Source: Chara braunii
Lineage: Eukaryota; Plantae; Charophyceae
Reading direction: 5' to 3'
DNA: 64,000 nt
NCBI GenBank assembly: GCA_003427395.1
Contig: BFEA01000018.1
Location: 1,183,382-1,247,381 of the forward strand
Every line of letters begins with the position of its first letter. Position 1 is the first letter of the stretch. Position numbers and translations under genes: made by a program. Of this stretch, positions 12,819 through 24,860 are shown piece after piece. The notes under the pieces were generated by a model. That model had not been told where the DNA came from. It saw nothing but the letters and a program-made list of their open reading frames with translations, and searched no databases.

Positions 12819-13575
12819 TGTGACGCGCAACCTCATGCCTTGCGCTATCTTCCGTTCGGAGTGTTTTCGATTGCGGAAGGTGGCCCTGGACAGACAACAA
12901 AATGGGGTGTGCCAAGGATTTTCGGAAATTGAGTGCGGGGATACGGACATAACCGAAATCCCCCGTGTTGGTCCAACTTAGTAAGAGGGGAGGGTCCGTC
13001 ACTACGTGGATATCTAGGGAGAAAAGGGCACGCGAGGGACGTTCGACGCGGGAATATTGTTGAACTTCCCAGCGGGCCGTTGCCCTTCGCTTAGCGTGAA
13101 AGGGAGCGGGTACATTTCTAGTGTCTCGTTTTCGGATCAAGTCCCGACGCCGCTCATTGCACAACTCAGAATCTGACGTGTAGGGTCTCAATCGTGTAGC
13201 TCGTTCTTTGTGTTCGTCCTCACTCCATACGCGGTAGTGGAAACCCTTGGATTGGTAATGCTCGAGGCGACAACAGTCGCTACACAGAGTGTTGGGCCAA
13301 TGGGGCGCCACTGCCATCCACAAAATGACAATCAACTCGTTAAATGGTAATAGCAGCGAATAAGGCGGAAAATGCATATCAATAATGACAAAGCCTGCTC
13401 CGACAAATCCTGAGCACCGAGTTTCAGGAGGGAAATGATATCGGCCGCCGATCTTGGTGACGGCTTCTCGTACGTCCCACTCGCATACACATGTCTTGTT
13501 CTCATTGTACGGGAAGGGACGTGGCGGGAGTATAAGAGGTCGGCGCCCTGTTGGGTTGGGGCCTTCAGTCCACAT
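12819..13575 (-). CDS. LTR-encoded ORF, copy B1, uninterrupted to the LTR edge (unknown protein)
   Basis: ORF 12601..13575: RPFPYNENKTCVCEWDVREAV...GFVIIDMHFPPYSLLLPFNEL...WPNTLCSDC...YQSKGFHYRVWSEDEHKERATRLRPYTSDSELCNERRRDLIRKRD. The homologous part is about 13575-13050; the true stop is uncertain. Confidence 0.65.
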
Positions 13576-15518
13576 GGCAAATCAATCAATAATCATTCAT
13601 CGTTAATCCCCGTTCATCGTCGGGCTTTTCTTATTATTGCCTTTATGCAAAGCAAAGTGGGGACATCCTTCGTTTCTCGGGGCGAGAGAGAGGGAGAGAG
13701 AGAGAGAGAGCTTACAATAGCTTATGGTTTCGCCCGAAATTTTTCATACAGGGATCGTGGGGCGGTACGTACACGCATGCAGGTCGTGCGTGGTGCCCTT
13801 CTTCTTGCTCGAGGAGGCAAATTGCCTTTCGGATTTTGTGAAGCGGGGGCAGGCCGCAGAAGGTGTGTGGAACGCATTCTGGAGTGAAGACCTGCCCGGA
13901 ATCACCACATCATTAGATCTAAACACTCTTGCATTCTCGAACAAAATCCCAACAATATTGTTCTAGCCAACAACTCAATCGCAACCCATTCACCATAACT
14001 CTTCAACCGAATCAAATATCAATTCATCAATGTCAAAGCATTCGCAATTACTCGCCGCAGAAGGTGCGAAAATGGCAGTCATACATTGTCAAGTGCTCCG
14101 TGTGCTCCGCACCCCTGCCCCATTATCCCGCGTCTAATCAAAGCGTGGGCCCATCAGGCAACCATTCCCAAACATGCATAGTCATTCCCATCCGAAGATA
14201 AGTGAGCGAAATGAATTCCATAGAGAACAATCACACAAAAGTCTAGAGCTGAAAAAGAAGAGTTCCGGCTTAACTGCCGCGAAGCTGCACTCACACCAAA
14301 GAATAGGACAGAGACAAGGGAGTGCATCCGCCGTAAAGTTCCATCATGGCTCCAGGCCATTCATCCCTTCAACTCCTGTCATTCCTCATACATGCACCGA
14401 CGGTCCCGGCCGTCGCGTGCCACCTGCCACCATCGCGATCGTCACCCCGCCGACTTAGTTTCTGCGCAGGCTTGCCCCGATCCCACAATTCGTCGTGGCG
14501 ACCAGGCACACATCCATCCAGTCTACAGTCAGCCCGTCGGGACTTTTCGACTCGCATCACACGCACACCATCTAGCCACCGCTTCCCGGAAGCTGGCTGA
14601 CGAGTTGAGAGAGAGCTTTGCAGATGCGCCGGCGGAATTTATAGTTGCGAGAAGGGAGAGAGATGCGGGGAAGGATGAAGAGTAGGGTAGAGGAGGGTAA
14701 GGGAGGGCTTGAGGGTAATTGCCCGTTGAAAGCCATATTGATCCCTCACAACCCGATCTCAGCCAATTAGAATCGGCGCGCAGTAGGAATCTCCTCTTAC
14801 ACGGCGCTTCTCCTAAGCTAGATGGAAATGGAGGATCGATCGGGTTTTCGAGCGCGGGTTTTAGAGTGGGAAGAAGAAGAGTGCGAAGGATAGCGCGAAA
14901 CGGGTTCAAGAAAGAGAAAAAGGGCGCGTAGGGGGAAGGAGGGAGAAAAACAGTTACAGTGGGAGGGAGCGAGAAAGCATGTGCGCGCGAGGGAAGGCCC
15001 TGAGAGGAGCGCGAGAAGGAAGGAGGAGGGAGATCGTTTGTATGGTGCCGAATAACAGGAGAAGAATGGGTACCAAAAAAGTTGCAGTTTTTTTCCCAGT
15101 CCTATGCTAATTCAAAAATTGAAATCACCATATCCGCGCGAAAAGTAGACGCGGGAAAAGAAAAAAAAGGTCCTACGCCCATCCCTATTCCTACAAAATT
15201 CCCAGAGTTTTTCATGTCGAGGCCGAGAACATTCGCGCGTGAAAGGACACACCGTGTCCCATTAATTCCGGAATTCCTAACTGTCGAGCCAAATTCCGAG
15301 TGCGCTCACTAAGGCGCGCGTAATTCCCATGCATTTCCAAATTTAAAAAAAGGACGGAATTTCAAGTACTACTAGTGCTGACAAACGAGGTACCTTTAAT
15401 CGAGCAAAAACAGAGGGGAGGTTTTTGGGGGCCGATCAAGACACATTTAGATGCAGAGAAAACACGGGAAGAAAAGGGGTCCCAAAGATGGCACAGGTCC
15501 GGAAGCTGGTTCGTCATA
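12819..15518 (-). mobile_element. Solo LTR, family B (2.7 kb), 4-bp TSD GGAC
   Basis: Plus-strand termini TGTGACG...CGTCATA. GGAC at 12815-12818 and 15519-15522. Colinear with 61554-63940. Confidence 0.92.
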
Positions 15519-15725
15519 GGACGCCTAAAACAGAACCCTGGTCCTTCGCCCACCTGCTTGCATCCATATCCCTGAGACTTGACGCAGGAGATCTCAGTTC
15601 CGACCTCAGACTCCACCCCCCATTCTTCCTAAAATCCTTGGCACACCCCTTTTTCGCACTTCCAGGCCCACCATCACTCCGAAACAGGAAGTCGCGCTGG
15701 GAGTGAAGTTAGGGCGTCACAAATT

Positions 15726-15728
<3 letters not shown>

Positions 15729-15785
<57 letters not shown>

Positions 15786-16580
15786 NNNNNNNNNNNNNNN
15801 NNNNNNNNNNNNNNNNNNNNNNNNNNNNNNNNNNNNNNNNNNNNNNNNNNNNNNNNNNNNNNNNNNNNNNNNNNNNNNNNNNNNNNNNNNNNNNNNNNNN
15901 NNNNNNNNNNNNNNNNNNNNNNNNNNNNNNNNNNNNNNNNNNNNNNNNNNNNNNNNNNNNNNNNNNNNNNNNNNNNNNNNNNNNNNNNNNNNNNNNNNNN
16001 NNNNNNNNNNNNNNNNNNNNNNNNNNNNNNNNNNNNNNNNNNNNNNNNNNNNNNNNNNNNNNNNNNNNNNNNNNNNNNNNNNNNNNNNNNNNNNNNNNNN
16101 NNNNNNNNNNNNNNNNNNNNNNNNNNNNNNNNNNNNNNNNNNNNNNNNNNNNNNNNNNNNNNNNNNNNNNNNNNNNNNNNNNNNNNNNNNNNNNNNNNNN
16201 NNNNNNNNNNNNNNNNNNNNNNNNNNNNNNNNNNNNNNNNNNNNNNNNNNNNNNNNNNNNNNNNNNNNNNNNNNNNNNNNNNNNNNNNNNNNNNNNNNNN
16301 NNNNNNNNNNNNNNNNNNNNNNNNNNNNNNNNNNNNNNNNNNNNNNNNNNNNNNNNNNNNNNNNNNNNNNNNNNNNNNNNNNNNNNNNNNNNNNNNNNNN
16401 NNNNNNNNNNNNNNNNNNNNNNNNNNNNNNNNNNNNNNNNNNNNNNNNNNNNNNNNNNNNNNNNNNNNNNNNNNNNNNNNNNNNNNNNNNNNNNNNNNNN
16501 NNNNNNNNNNNNNNNNNNNNNNNNNNNNNNNNNNNNNNNNNNNNNNNNNNNNNNNNNNNNNNNNNNNNNNNNNNNNNNNN

Positions 16581-16642
<62 letters not shown>
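15729..16642. repeat. (GA)n microsatellite flanking an assembly gap
   Basis: AG repeats on both sides of the N-run. Similar (GA/CT)n tracts at 5933, 20072, 52078, 55603 and 56554. Confidence 0.95.
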
Positions 16643-16645
<3 letters not shown>

Positions 16646-16887
16646 CATGAAACAAAAATAAGATGCCATCAGCGAGTGTTGCTGTGTGCCACGGCGTGGC
16701 CGTGGCGGGGTCCACTTGTTTTATTTTATTTTACTAAATATATATGTATAGATTGTATAGTTTATAATACATATAATATATATGTAATATATATTTTATA
16801 TATTATGTTTAAATGTATAGGAGGAGGAGCAAGCGGGGAAAGATCTTCCTACTCCTCCTCCTCCTCCTCCTCCTCCTCCTCCCACAG

Positions 16888-17250
16888 TCGACGGGCGATG
16901 GCGACGGGCGATGGGCGGCAGGCAATGGCGATGGGTGATGGCGACGGGTGATGACGACGGGTGATGGCGACGGGCGATGGCCTCCTCGGGCGATGGCGAT
17001 GGCGACGGGCGATGGCCTACTCGGGCGATGACGATGGCGACGGGCGATGGCCTCCTCGGGCGATGGCGACGGGCGATGGCGACGGGTGATGGCAATGGGC
17101 GATGACGACGGGCAATGGCGACGGGCGATGGCGACTCCTCAGGCGATGGTGATGGCGATAGACGATGGGACAGCCGATGGCAACGGGCGATGACGACGGG
17201 CGATGGCGACGGGCGATGGCGACGGGCGATGATGACGAGCGATGGCGATT
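16888..17250. repeat. GC-rich minisatellite (GGCGACGGGCGAT-type units)
   Basis: Many degenerate GGCGATGGCGACG units. Confidence 0.85.
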
Positions 17251-20068
17251 CCTACTCGGTCGATGGCAACTCCTCCTCCTCGGGTGATGATGGTGCACCC
17301 CTAGACCGGACCCCTTTCCCGCGTTACCCCCGTCTCCTGAAGTCCCCCCACTTGGTACCACGACAAATGGTCCGCGACGACCATGTACGCGGACCCCATT
17401 TTTTAGTACGAGCGCACACGTATGCAGTATGTATGTGCATACGTGCATACGCTTATGCACGCCCGCGAACCCCGCGTACGTGTACGCTGTGCAACCCCGA
17501 ATTAATGAATAGAGAGCATTTTGCTCAGAGGTTCCCATTCATGCGTTGTGGCTCGACCCAGCAGAATGGGTGTGGCAGACTAGTAAGAGAGGACAACCTC
17601 GAACATTGCAGTTACTCTCTGCTAAAATAACAGTACACCATACACAGGCCCGCGGGTGTCAGCGTGGAACCCGCACCATTTCCGAGCCTCCAAAATTATT
17701 TTTTGGTACATGCTCTTATCATCACCCCTTAAGGAGTTTGCTATTAAAAAAAAAAAAAAAAAGTACTAGAAATGCAGGGAATGGATTTGGCGTCCAAAAT
17801 TTTGGGTGAAGAGGTACATCTCACAGTCACGTCTCTTATGATTCTTACATTATGTCATATTGGATTATTTTCATGTCCCAATGGGACGCTGGACCCGGTC
17901 TCCAACAGGTGTTGCTCCCCACCAATAGATGGAGTGGCCGCTCAAAGGTTTGCTAGAGGGGGCCCAGTTACCCAAGCGTTTTGTTCCAAGTTTACCCTTC
18001 GAATGATACGCTCCTTGCTTCATCTCTGCCTAGCTTGATCACAACCCTTCACAAATACTGACTCTCCCTCGTGCATACTGTTAGGGTGAAGTACACATGG
18101 CTTCCCTTCGACATGCAACCACTGAATATAGGTCTTACCCGTATCACCTCACACCTCACTCACACATCCACTCTCGCCCTAGCGACGGAGATGAGAACGA
18201 TAAAACTGGGCGACTCGGATCACTAGGAGACAGTACGCATCATTCTCAAGGAGCGCAGCCCTCTCGCCGACTCGGTTAAACTACTTGCCCCCTCTTCTAC
18301 TCCAGAAGTGATCAGCTGACCCGTGACCAAGCCTATCGTACTATGATCCAAATAATAGTACAGGAAGGCTACTAACAGGGCAGGAGTGGTTGTTGTTAGC
18401 GGGCAGGGAGCGTGCGCGTCTTCTCACGCCTTCTTCGATCAGCACGTTGTACCCATGCGCCCCTCTCCCGTCGGCATTGACCGAGCAGGTCCTTCTCCTC
18501 GTCTGCTTATCCAAAGCTGACCCCGTCTCTCTTGCACCTCCTCTCAACCCGGTCCTTTGCCTCTGTGATGGCCGTCTGCAATCCCTGGTCCACTCTCATT
18601 TCTTCCTCTTTCCCTCCTTCCACATTTATTTTCAGCCTGACCTCCTGATTGCAGCAGTTGTAGTCCAGGACGGCGGTCACCATCGGGCCTTCTCCCGACA
18701 TTTGCTCCCACCTCCAGTGGAACTGGAGGTACCTTGGCCTGTACCCATGTAGACTGTTGCTACGCACCATAGTCGAGCCCTCCTACAGCGCAAGTCGCCA
18801 GGCTACCGGCTTCCCAAACAGCCCGGACTCAGCACTCAGCACCTGCGCACGTAGACGGACTGCCTCACGCTCACTCTGGCCCTCGACCCCCTCACTTCCC
18901 CCCACCAGTACTTGGCGTAACGAGCCTGCCTATGTCCCAGTAGCCTAAGGCTCGCCTCCCCCACTCTTTATAGGTTTCCTCAGCTCGTGCTCCGAACAAA
19001 GTACTCAGGTGAATTTCAAAATCCAATATTTCAGCGATATGTAAGATTCAGAAAATAATAAAATAGGATAAAATAAATTAAAGCGAGAAAGTGAGAGGTC
19101 GAACCTCAACGGTCATGACACAGGCTGCTCATTCTACTATCAGCCGCTAGTCTCTTCATTTTCGATATGAACTGACTACAGGCTCGCTGTTGTGGTCCCA
19201 TAACGGGATACGGTCGGACGCGCCCTTCTTTTCAAAAGATGTCAACGGGCTACCCCTCATGAGTACCCGTGTCTGATGGCAAGGAGGGGCCTTATGACCT
19301 TCCATGGGAGGTGATGAGCTTCCTACCAACGAGGTCGCGGGTGCTCCTATTTTGAGGGCCCCTGGCGCGGTACTCAGCAATTCATACTTGCGGTAAGCGG
19401 AGTGTGGAAGGTCAGGCCGATCTGAGGCGCTCACTCGCAATTGTAGTTCAAAAACGAACTGTTCGTTCCCCCTCGGGGAGCAGGAGAATTGTCGTCTGAA
19501 AACCACAGTCTGGAACACCACCACTCCCTTTCATTTTCTTAATTTTTGTTTTTCTTTTCCCTTTCCCCTTTTCTTTTACGATCGTGACAACTGTCCCGTA
19601 CATCTCCCACAACTCGGTTAGGGGAAACTTAGCACGAGGCATAATGGTCTTCGCTACAACCTTCACCTTCGCACCCCTGGGTAAGCCCCACCTCGGCCAC
19701 AGGCCAGTAGCGCTGCGCCTACATGGACCATAGGGAAATCCAATGGCACACTCCCTCCAAGGCAAACACCGACTGGACATGTCCGTAGCAGTGGGACCGG
19801 GTTATACATGGTACAACTTAGTGGTCCGCTAGCAGCAACGGGTACAACGAGAAGTCAAAGCAGCTTGTACACCTACAACGGAGTCCTGAACAGGCTCCCA
19901 GTGCGCTGCAGAATCTGAGCAGGGAGCTGGTACGCCGCGGAGATAAGTGATTGGACGCCTGGTACACAGCGAGAGCCCGTGAGCGGGCATTCGGTATACA
20001 TCGGAGGTAGGTGAACGAGCGCCTAGTACGCAACGGAGGGCCGGGACACCGTGCCCTCCGACAACGCG

Positions 20069-20149
<81 letters not shown>

Positions 20150-20150
20150 A

Positions 20151-20181
<31 letters not shown>

Positions 20182-23100
20182 CGGCGAGAGAGAGTTTACC
20201 ACAGCAGAAGAACAAGAGGGAGGACAAAAAAATGAAGGGAGGTTCCCGCCAGTCGCCAGCGAGGCGAAGCCGAGGAGCATGAAGCTAAAGAGGCAGATAC
20301 AAATGCAACAAGCTTCAAAGCGTTGGGCGACATACCTTGCTGAAGGATTGTCGGGCTGCAGAGAATGAGCGAGCAAACTTGTCGCGAGGACATGCGATAA
20401 AGCGCAAGGAAACGAGCGAAAGCACATGCACACGAGGAAGGTGAAAGAAGTGAGGGAAGTGAGGGAAGTGAGAGGAAGTGGGAGTGTGAGGGAGAGGGTG
20501 CAGGTGCTCAGCTGTTTATTCCACCGGAGCTCATCTTCACATCGTGCACCGGGCACCCCATCTTCGTGATCAAGTCGTTCGTTGAAGTACACACCATCGT
20601 TATGTGATCTTGGTCGCTACCTTTGCCCAAGTATTTCTTTCTCGCAATTTTTTCATGATCACCATCGATGATGTTCGTGTTGCTGTCCGCAGTTGCTACC
20701 AAATATCCCGACGCAGCTACTCCTTTTGTGACTTTGTTCAATGTGGTGGTGGAAGTGTATGTATCTTTCCATCTTCTAACGAAAGATTCATTCTCATTTT
20801 GCACATTTGGTGAGTAATGGAGTGTCGCCATAGCAATGCATGACAGCCTGTGATCGTGCTGACCATCATCGAAGTCGTTAATCATCATGTTGTCGCTCGT
20901 GGTTGTCCTGAACCTTTAGTTCTTCGTGCCCATCGTGTTCGTTCGGGTTCGCCTTTATTCCACCTGTCACCATCATCCCGCTGACTACCCTCATCAGTCG
21001 TGATCGAGCTGATTGGCGTTATCATCGCAATTGTGCAGATAATCGAAGCCTTAAATCATCGTGCTCTTCGCCATTGTGGTCATCCTTCTGTTGTTCACCC
21101 ACGTGATCTTGGTGATGATCCAAATCTTCGTCCAAGGGGTGTTTGTTAGTTGTAGTGGTTGGGGCATAGTCGTATTCTCGGTATTGTCGTGGTGGTCTTG
21201 GTGGTCACGGTGTTTTTCTGTTTGTGGGAGTGGTCGTCATATTCGAAATCAAGTGGTGGAGCTTTCTTTGCCGCGGTGTTGCCCGTGTTTGTCACAATGG
21301 ACGACTTTTGATATCTGACGCTGTGCACGAGGCCGTGGTACTCATATTCCTGGTTCATTAGTTGGTCGGGCTCGCACCGGTTCTGTTATTCCTTATCTTG
21401 GCGTTGCCCGCCATTGTACCTGCCTCGATCGCTATGATCGTGCTCAGTAGAGGCTGCGCGTGGTGTTGGTTGGGGTGGCATTTGCCTCATCCTCGCATTC
21501 ATCACTAAGACGTGATCAGACTCATTTCCATTGAGTCGGCACACTTATCCAAATTAAGTGGAAAATTCTTTTTTTTTTTCTTTTTTTTTTTTTAAAGTGG
21601 AAAATTCGCTTACATCCTACACAGTTGTTGGGCTCACTGCGTGGTATGCATCTGGTCGTATACTGATGGGAAATTTATTCTCATTGGCACATTGAATGAG
21701 CACCGGCGAGGTTTGCAACGACAATGAAGGCTTACTTCAAGGTCATATACTCCCCATGCAGGTTGTGTCAAATCCCTCATTGCCTTGGTTTGTTGAAGTG
21801 AAGGACTGGGCAAATAAGGGTGTTATGGGTGATGGTGCATGACTTTTCGTAGTTAGAGAGATGATTCATTCGGTCAGCTTCGCGAAACGAACGAGGCCAG
21901 AGCTACTACTGGGTCGTTGTTGTCACAACTACTACACTGCAACTACTTTAATGAGTGCTAAGTAGGTGACTTCAAATTGATGACTATCACACTCATTTTT
22001 AGCAGCTACTATTTTTCCTTGTTGCTGCTACAACCAGTAGATCACTGTTGTGCTTCCGGGCGGAGCTGCCGATGCACTCTAGATCTTGTTGTAGAAAGGA
22101 GTTGTGATATTACTTGTTGATTGCAGCTACTATCCTTCTCAGATCGAGGCGGTTGTTGCTACGTCTCGATAAAATTGTTGACTTTGAGTCTTCCACGAGG
22201 AATTTAGATGTTGCCTATAAATACAAGCGTTGTTGTTTCTTTGAGGGCTGTTATATTTTAGGTTGCTGCTACGCAGTTAAAGACTCTGCGTGTCGCGTCC
22301 TCTGCTGATTGTGTGCTCCCGTGTTGTCACCGATATATAGTTGAGGTGTTGTCACGACCATATGTTTTAGTGTTAGTACTGGCTTTCTTTGTGGGGTATT
22401 GCTACCACTGTTTTTCTAAGCTTCGAACTCTATTTTTAGACGGTGTTGTTGTTGTTTGCTGAGCGCAGCGTCTGCTGTGTCCTTGTTGTGTTCTCGCAGT
22501 GTGGCGTTGTGGCATGCTATGTTTAGTGTTGTGCACTACTACAGTAACTTATTGCTACACATGTTTGTTGTGCGCACAATAGTTTATTGCGTTCTATTGC
22601 GTTTTGCATGCGTCTCGAATAGAGCACAAGGGGGGGTGCTCTATTTGAACGCACCTTTTCTATGTTGCGTAGCCAAAGTTTGGTTAGAGGTAGGAGCGGT
22701 GTGACTTGGAGGGGTAATCAAGCTCTGCAAGAGGGGTCATTGTCGCAACTTGGAGGTATGTCAAAGCACCATTACTTTGTGTTTTGGTTTTGGTTTGGTC
22801 AATCTCAACTGCGCTTTCGGACATCATTGCGGGGCCCTCAAACAATTCAAGGATCCAAAGCCCTCTCCAGCGAATCTCAGTTCGACGTCTCCTGTATCTT
22901 GAGAGACTAAGTTATTACTCCTTCCCTTCTTACTCTTAGTCTAGTCTACTTGGTTACGAGAGGAAGGCAGCAAGCGGGGTTGAAAACCTGTAAACCACAT
23001 CAGGGCTTTGTTGGAGGTTGCCCCATCGATTGCGGGGGCTCTGTCGGAACCTAGGCAAGGTTCTGGACGCAGAGAACTGTCAGGTAACAAGTGTTATCTT

Positions 23101-23329
23101 TGTATGTACCCACTAAGCCCCTATGTGTACATCTCTCTAGTCTAAATGCTATGTGTGCATGCATCCTTACATTTTGTTTTATTTTCATAATTGAATCAGA
23201 CGAATTGAAAAAAATGCATGTCTGAATCCCAATTTTTGTTTTGTGGTTTGAAATCAGACTAAGGGATGAATTGGGGAAAGGTAGAAGTAAAGTGGTATTG
23301 TGTGCGTCTGACCGAGTCGATCAAAGGTT

Positions 23330-23975
23330 AGGCATTGTTTTCATATAGAATGGTCCAGTACTATGTTGTTGTTGTTTTTTTTAAGGACCATACATTGTTT
23401 CTAAGCAGAATGATTTGACGGTTGTGTTTATTTCTTAGGGCTAGGTTGTCTAACTTGTAAGACAAAACATTATTCTAAGCAGAATTACTTAGTCTACCTG
23501 TTTTTTTTATGGGTTTTGACTGAAATTGTACATTGTTTCTAAGCAGAATAGTCTAACCCTATGCTTTTGTGTGTCTTAAAACAGACTCAATATTGTTTGT
23601 AAGTAAAATGGTTCGGTCTTTTGTTTTGTTTTGATGGAGGTTTTGGCTGAACGGCTAAGCATTATTTCTAAGCAGAATAGTCTAGCTTAAGTCGTATCAC
23701 TAAGAAGAAAAGTAAGGTTGAGAGTATAATTGGAAGTAAATTGAGCAAATTGAACGTTGTTTTCAAACAAAATGATCAAGTCTCATGTCCATATCAAAAG
23801 ACAAGACAAAAATGTGCTTAAACTTTGAACATTTAAACAGTTCAGGGCAACTAGACATCCTTTCTACGAGAATGATCTAGTCTCGTGCTCAAAGAAGAGA
23901 GTAGTTGTGCAACTTGTTCATGTATAACTTAAGACATGTTATACATTGTTTCTAAACAGAATGGTCTAGCGTTAT
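23330..23975. repeat. Degenerate tandem array with core CATTGTTTCTAAGCAGAAT, ~9 copies at 60-100 bp spacing
   Basis: Cores at about 23333, 23393, 23468, 23531, 23591, 23659, 23755, 23857 and 23945. Confidence 0.75.
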
Positions 23976-24199
23976 ACATATATAAGATAAATAAAGATTT
24001 AATCATTTGGAGGATTAATAAACATTCTTATGTTAAAACAACTTGGGATTTTTATGAGAGCATTTATCTCGGTTGTGTGTGCTTGTTTGTTTATGAGTGT
24101 AGTTTGAGTTGTCCTCTGATAGGTAGTAGCTTCAGATGCTCGCCATGTGCTGGAGTCATAATAGTTAATTCATTTTTTTGTCTTCTCAAAGTTAAGTTG

Positions 24200-24860
24200 T
24201 TATAACTGACTTTGTCTAAATTTTGGAAAGACATTTTTGCTAAGCGAAGTGCTGCCGAAATTTCTAAAAATCCCGGGAGTTCGTCAAATTTTATCTTTGT
24301 AAAATTCAAAGTTTTTTTAAATCTTATCTGACTTAATAAAAATATTAGTAGTTTACCTCTCTCAAAGAAATGTTGTCCAAATTTTTGCTAATTTAGAGAG
24401 TCGGACAAAGTTTGTCGTTGTGAACTCAAGATTATTTTTGACATTTATATCTAGGTTTGTATAAATTTGAAAAACTACTTTTGCTAAGGGAAGTGTTGTC
24501 GAAATTTCTACAAATAAAAAAAAATTGTTTTAATTTTGTCTTTTGCAACTTTTCGTCTTCAAGTTACATATGACTTAGTATAAATACTATAAAATCTTGA
24601 AGGTCTGCTTCTCTAGTGGAACTGTTATCTAAAGTTTTACTTAATCAGGGAGGAAGATAAAATTTGACCCTGCAAAAGTCAAAATCTCCTTTAAATTTTA
24701 TATTCAGCTTAGTATGAATTTCGAAAAGACACTTCCTCTAGAGGGAGTGTTGCCATAATTTTTTTTTGTTTTTAATAAATTTTATTATTTTTTAGTAGAA
24801 AAAACTTTAGCAATTCACTCTTTACAAGGAACATACTGTCGAAATTCTTCCTGATTTCTG
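24200..24860. repeat. AT-rich degenerate tandem repeat, ~120-bp period
   Basis: TTTTGCTAAG(C/G)GAAGTG(C/T)TG(C/T)CGAAATTTCTA-like cores at about 24235, 24357, 24479, 24609, 24733 and 24820. Confidence 0.6.

Larger units (their letters stand above)
11441..15721 (+). mobile_element. 5'-truncated family A LTR (plus orientation) interrupted by a family B solo LTR
   Basis: 11441-12818 and 15519-15721 are reverse-complement homologs of 4333-6870. Ends GAAGTTAGGGCGTCACA at 15721. Confidence 0.85.

Noticed and set aside
12819-15721. Apparent 2.9-kb DNA transposon with ~110-bp TIRs
   Set aside because: The GGAC TSD closes the insert at 15518. The right 'TIR' is the end of the host family A LTR in opposite orientation.
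16796-17630. ORFs rich in GDGD / SPVAIARR
   Set aside because: Translations of a stop-free GC-rich minisatellite.
23330-23975. Repeat-spacer pattern resembling a CRISPR array
   Set aside because: Cores are degenerate, spacing is irregular, the intervening sequence is partly related, there are no cas genes, and the context is eukaryotic.
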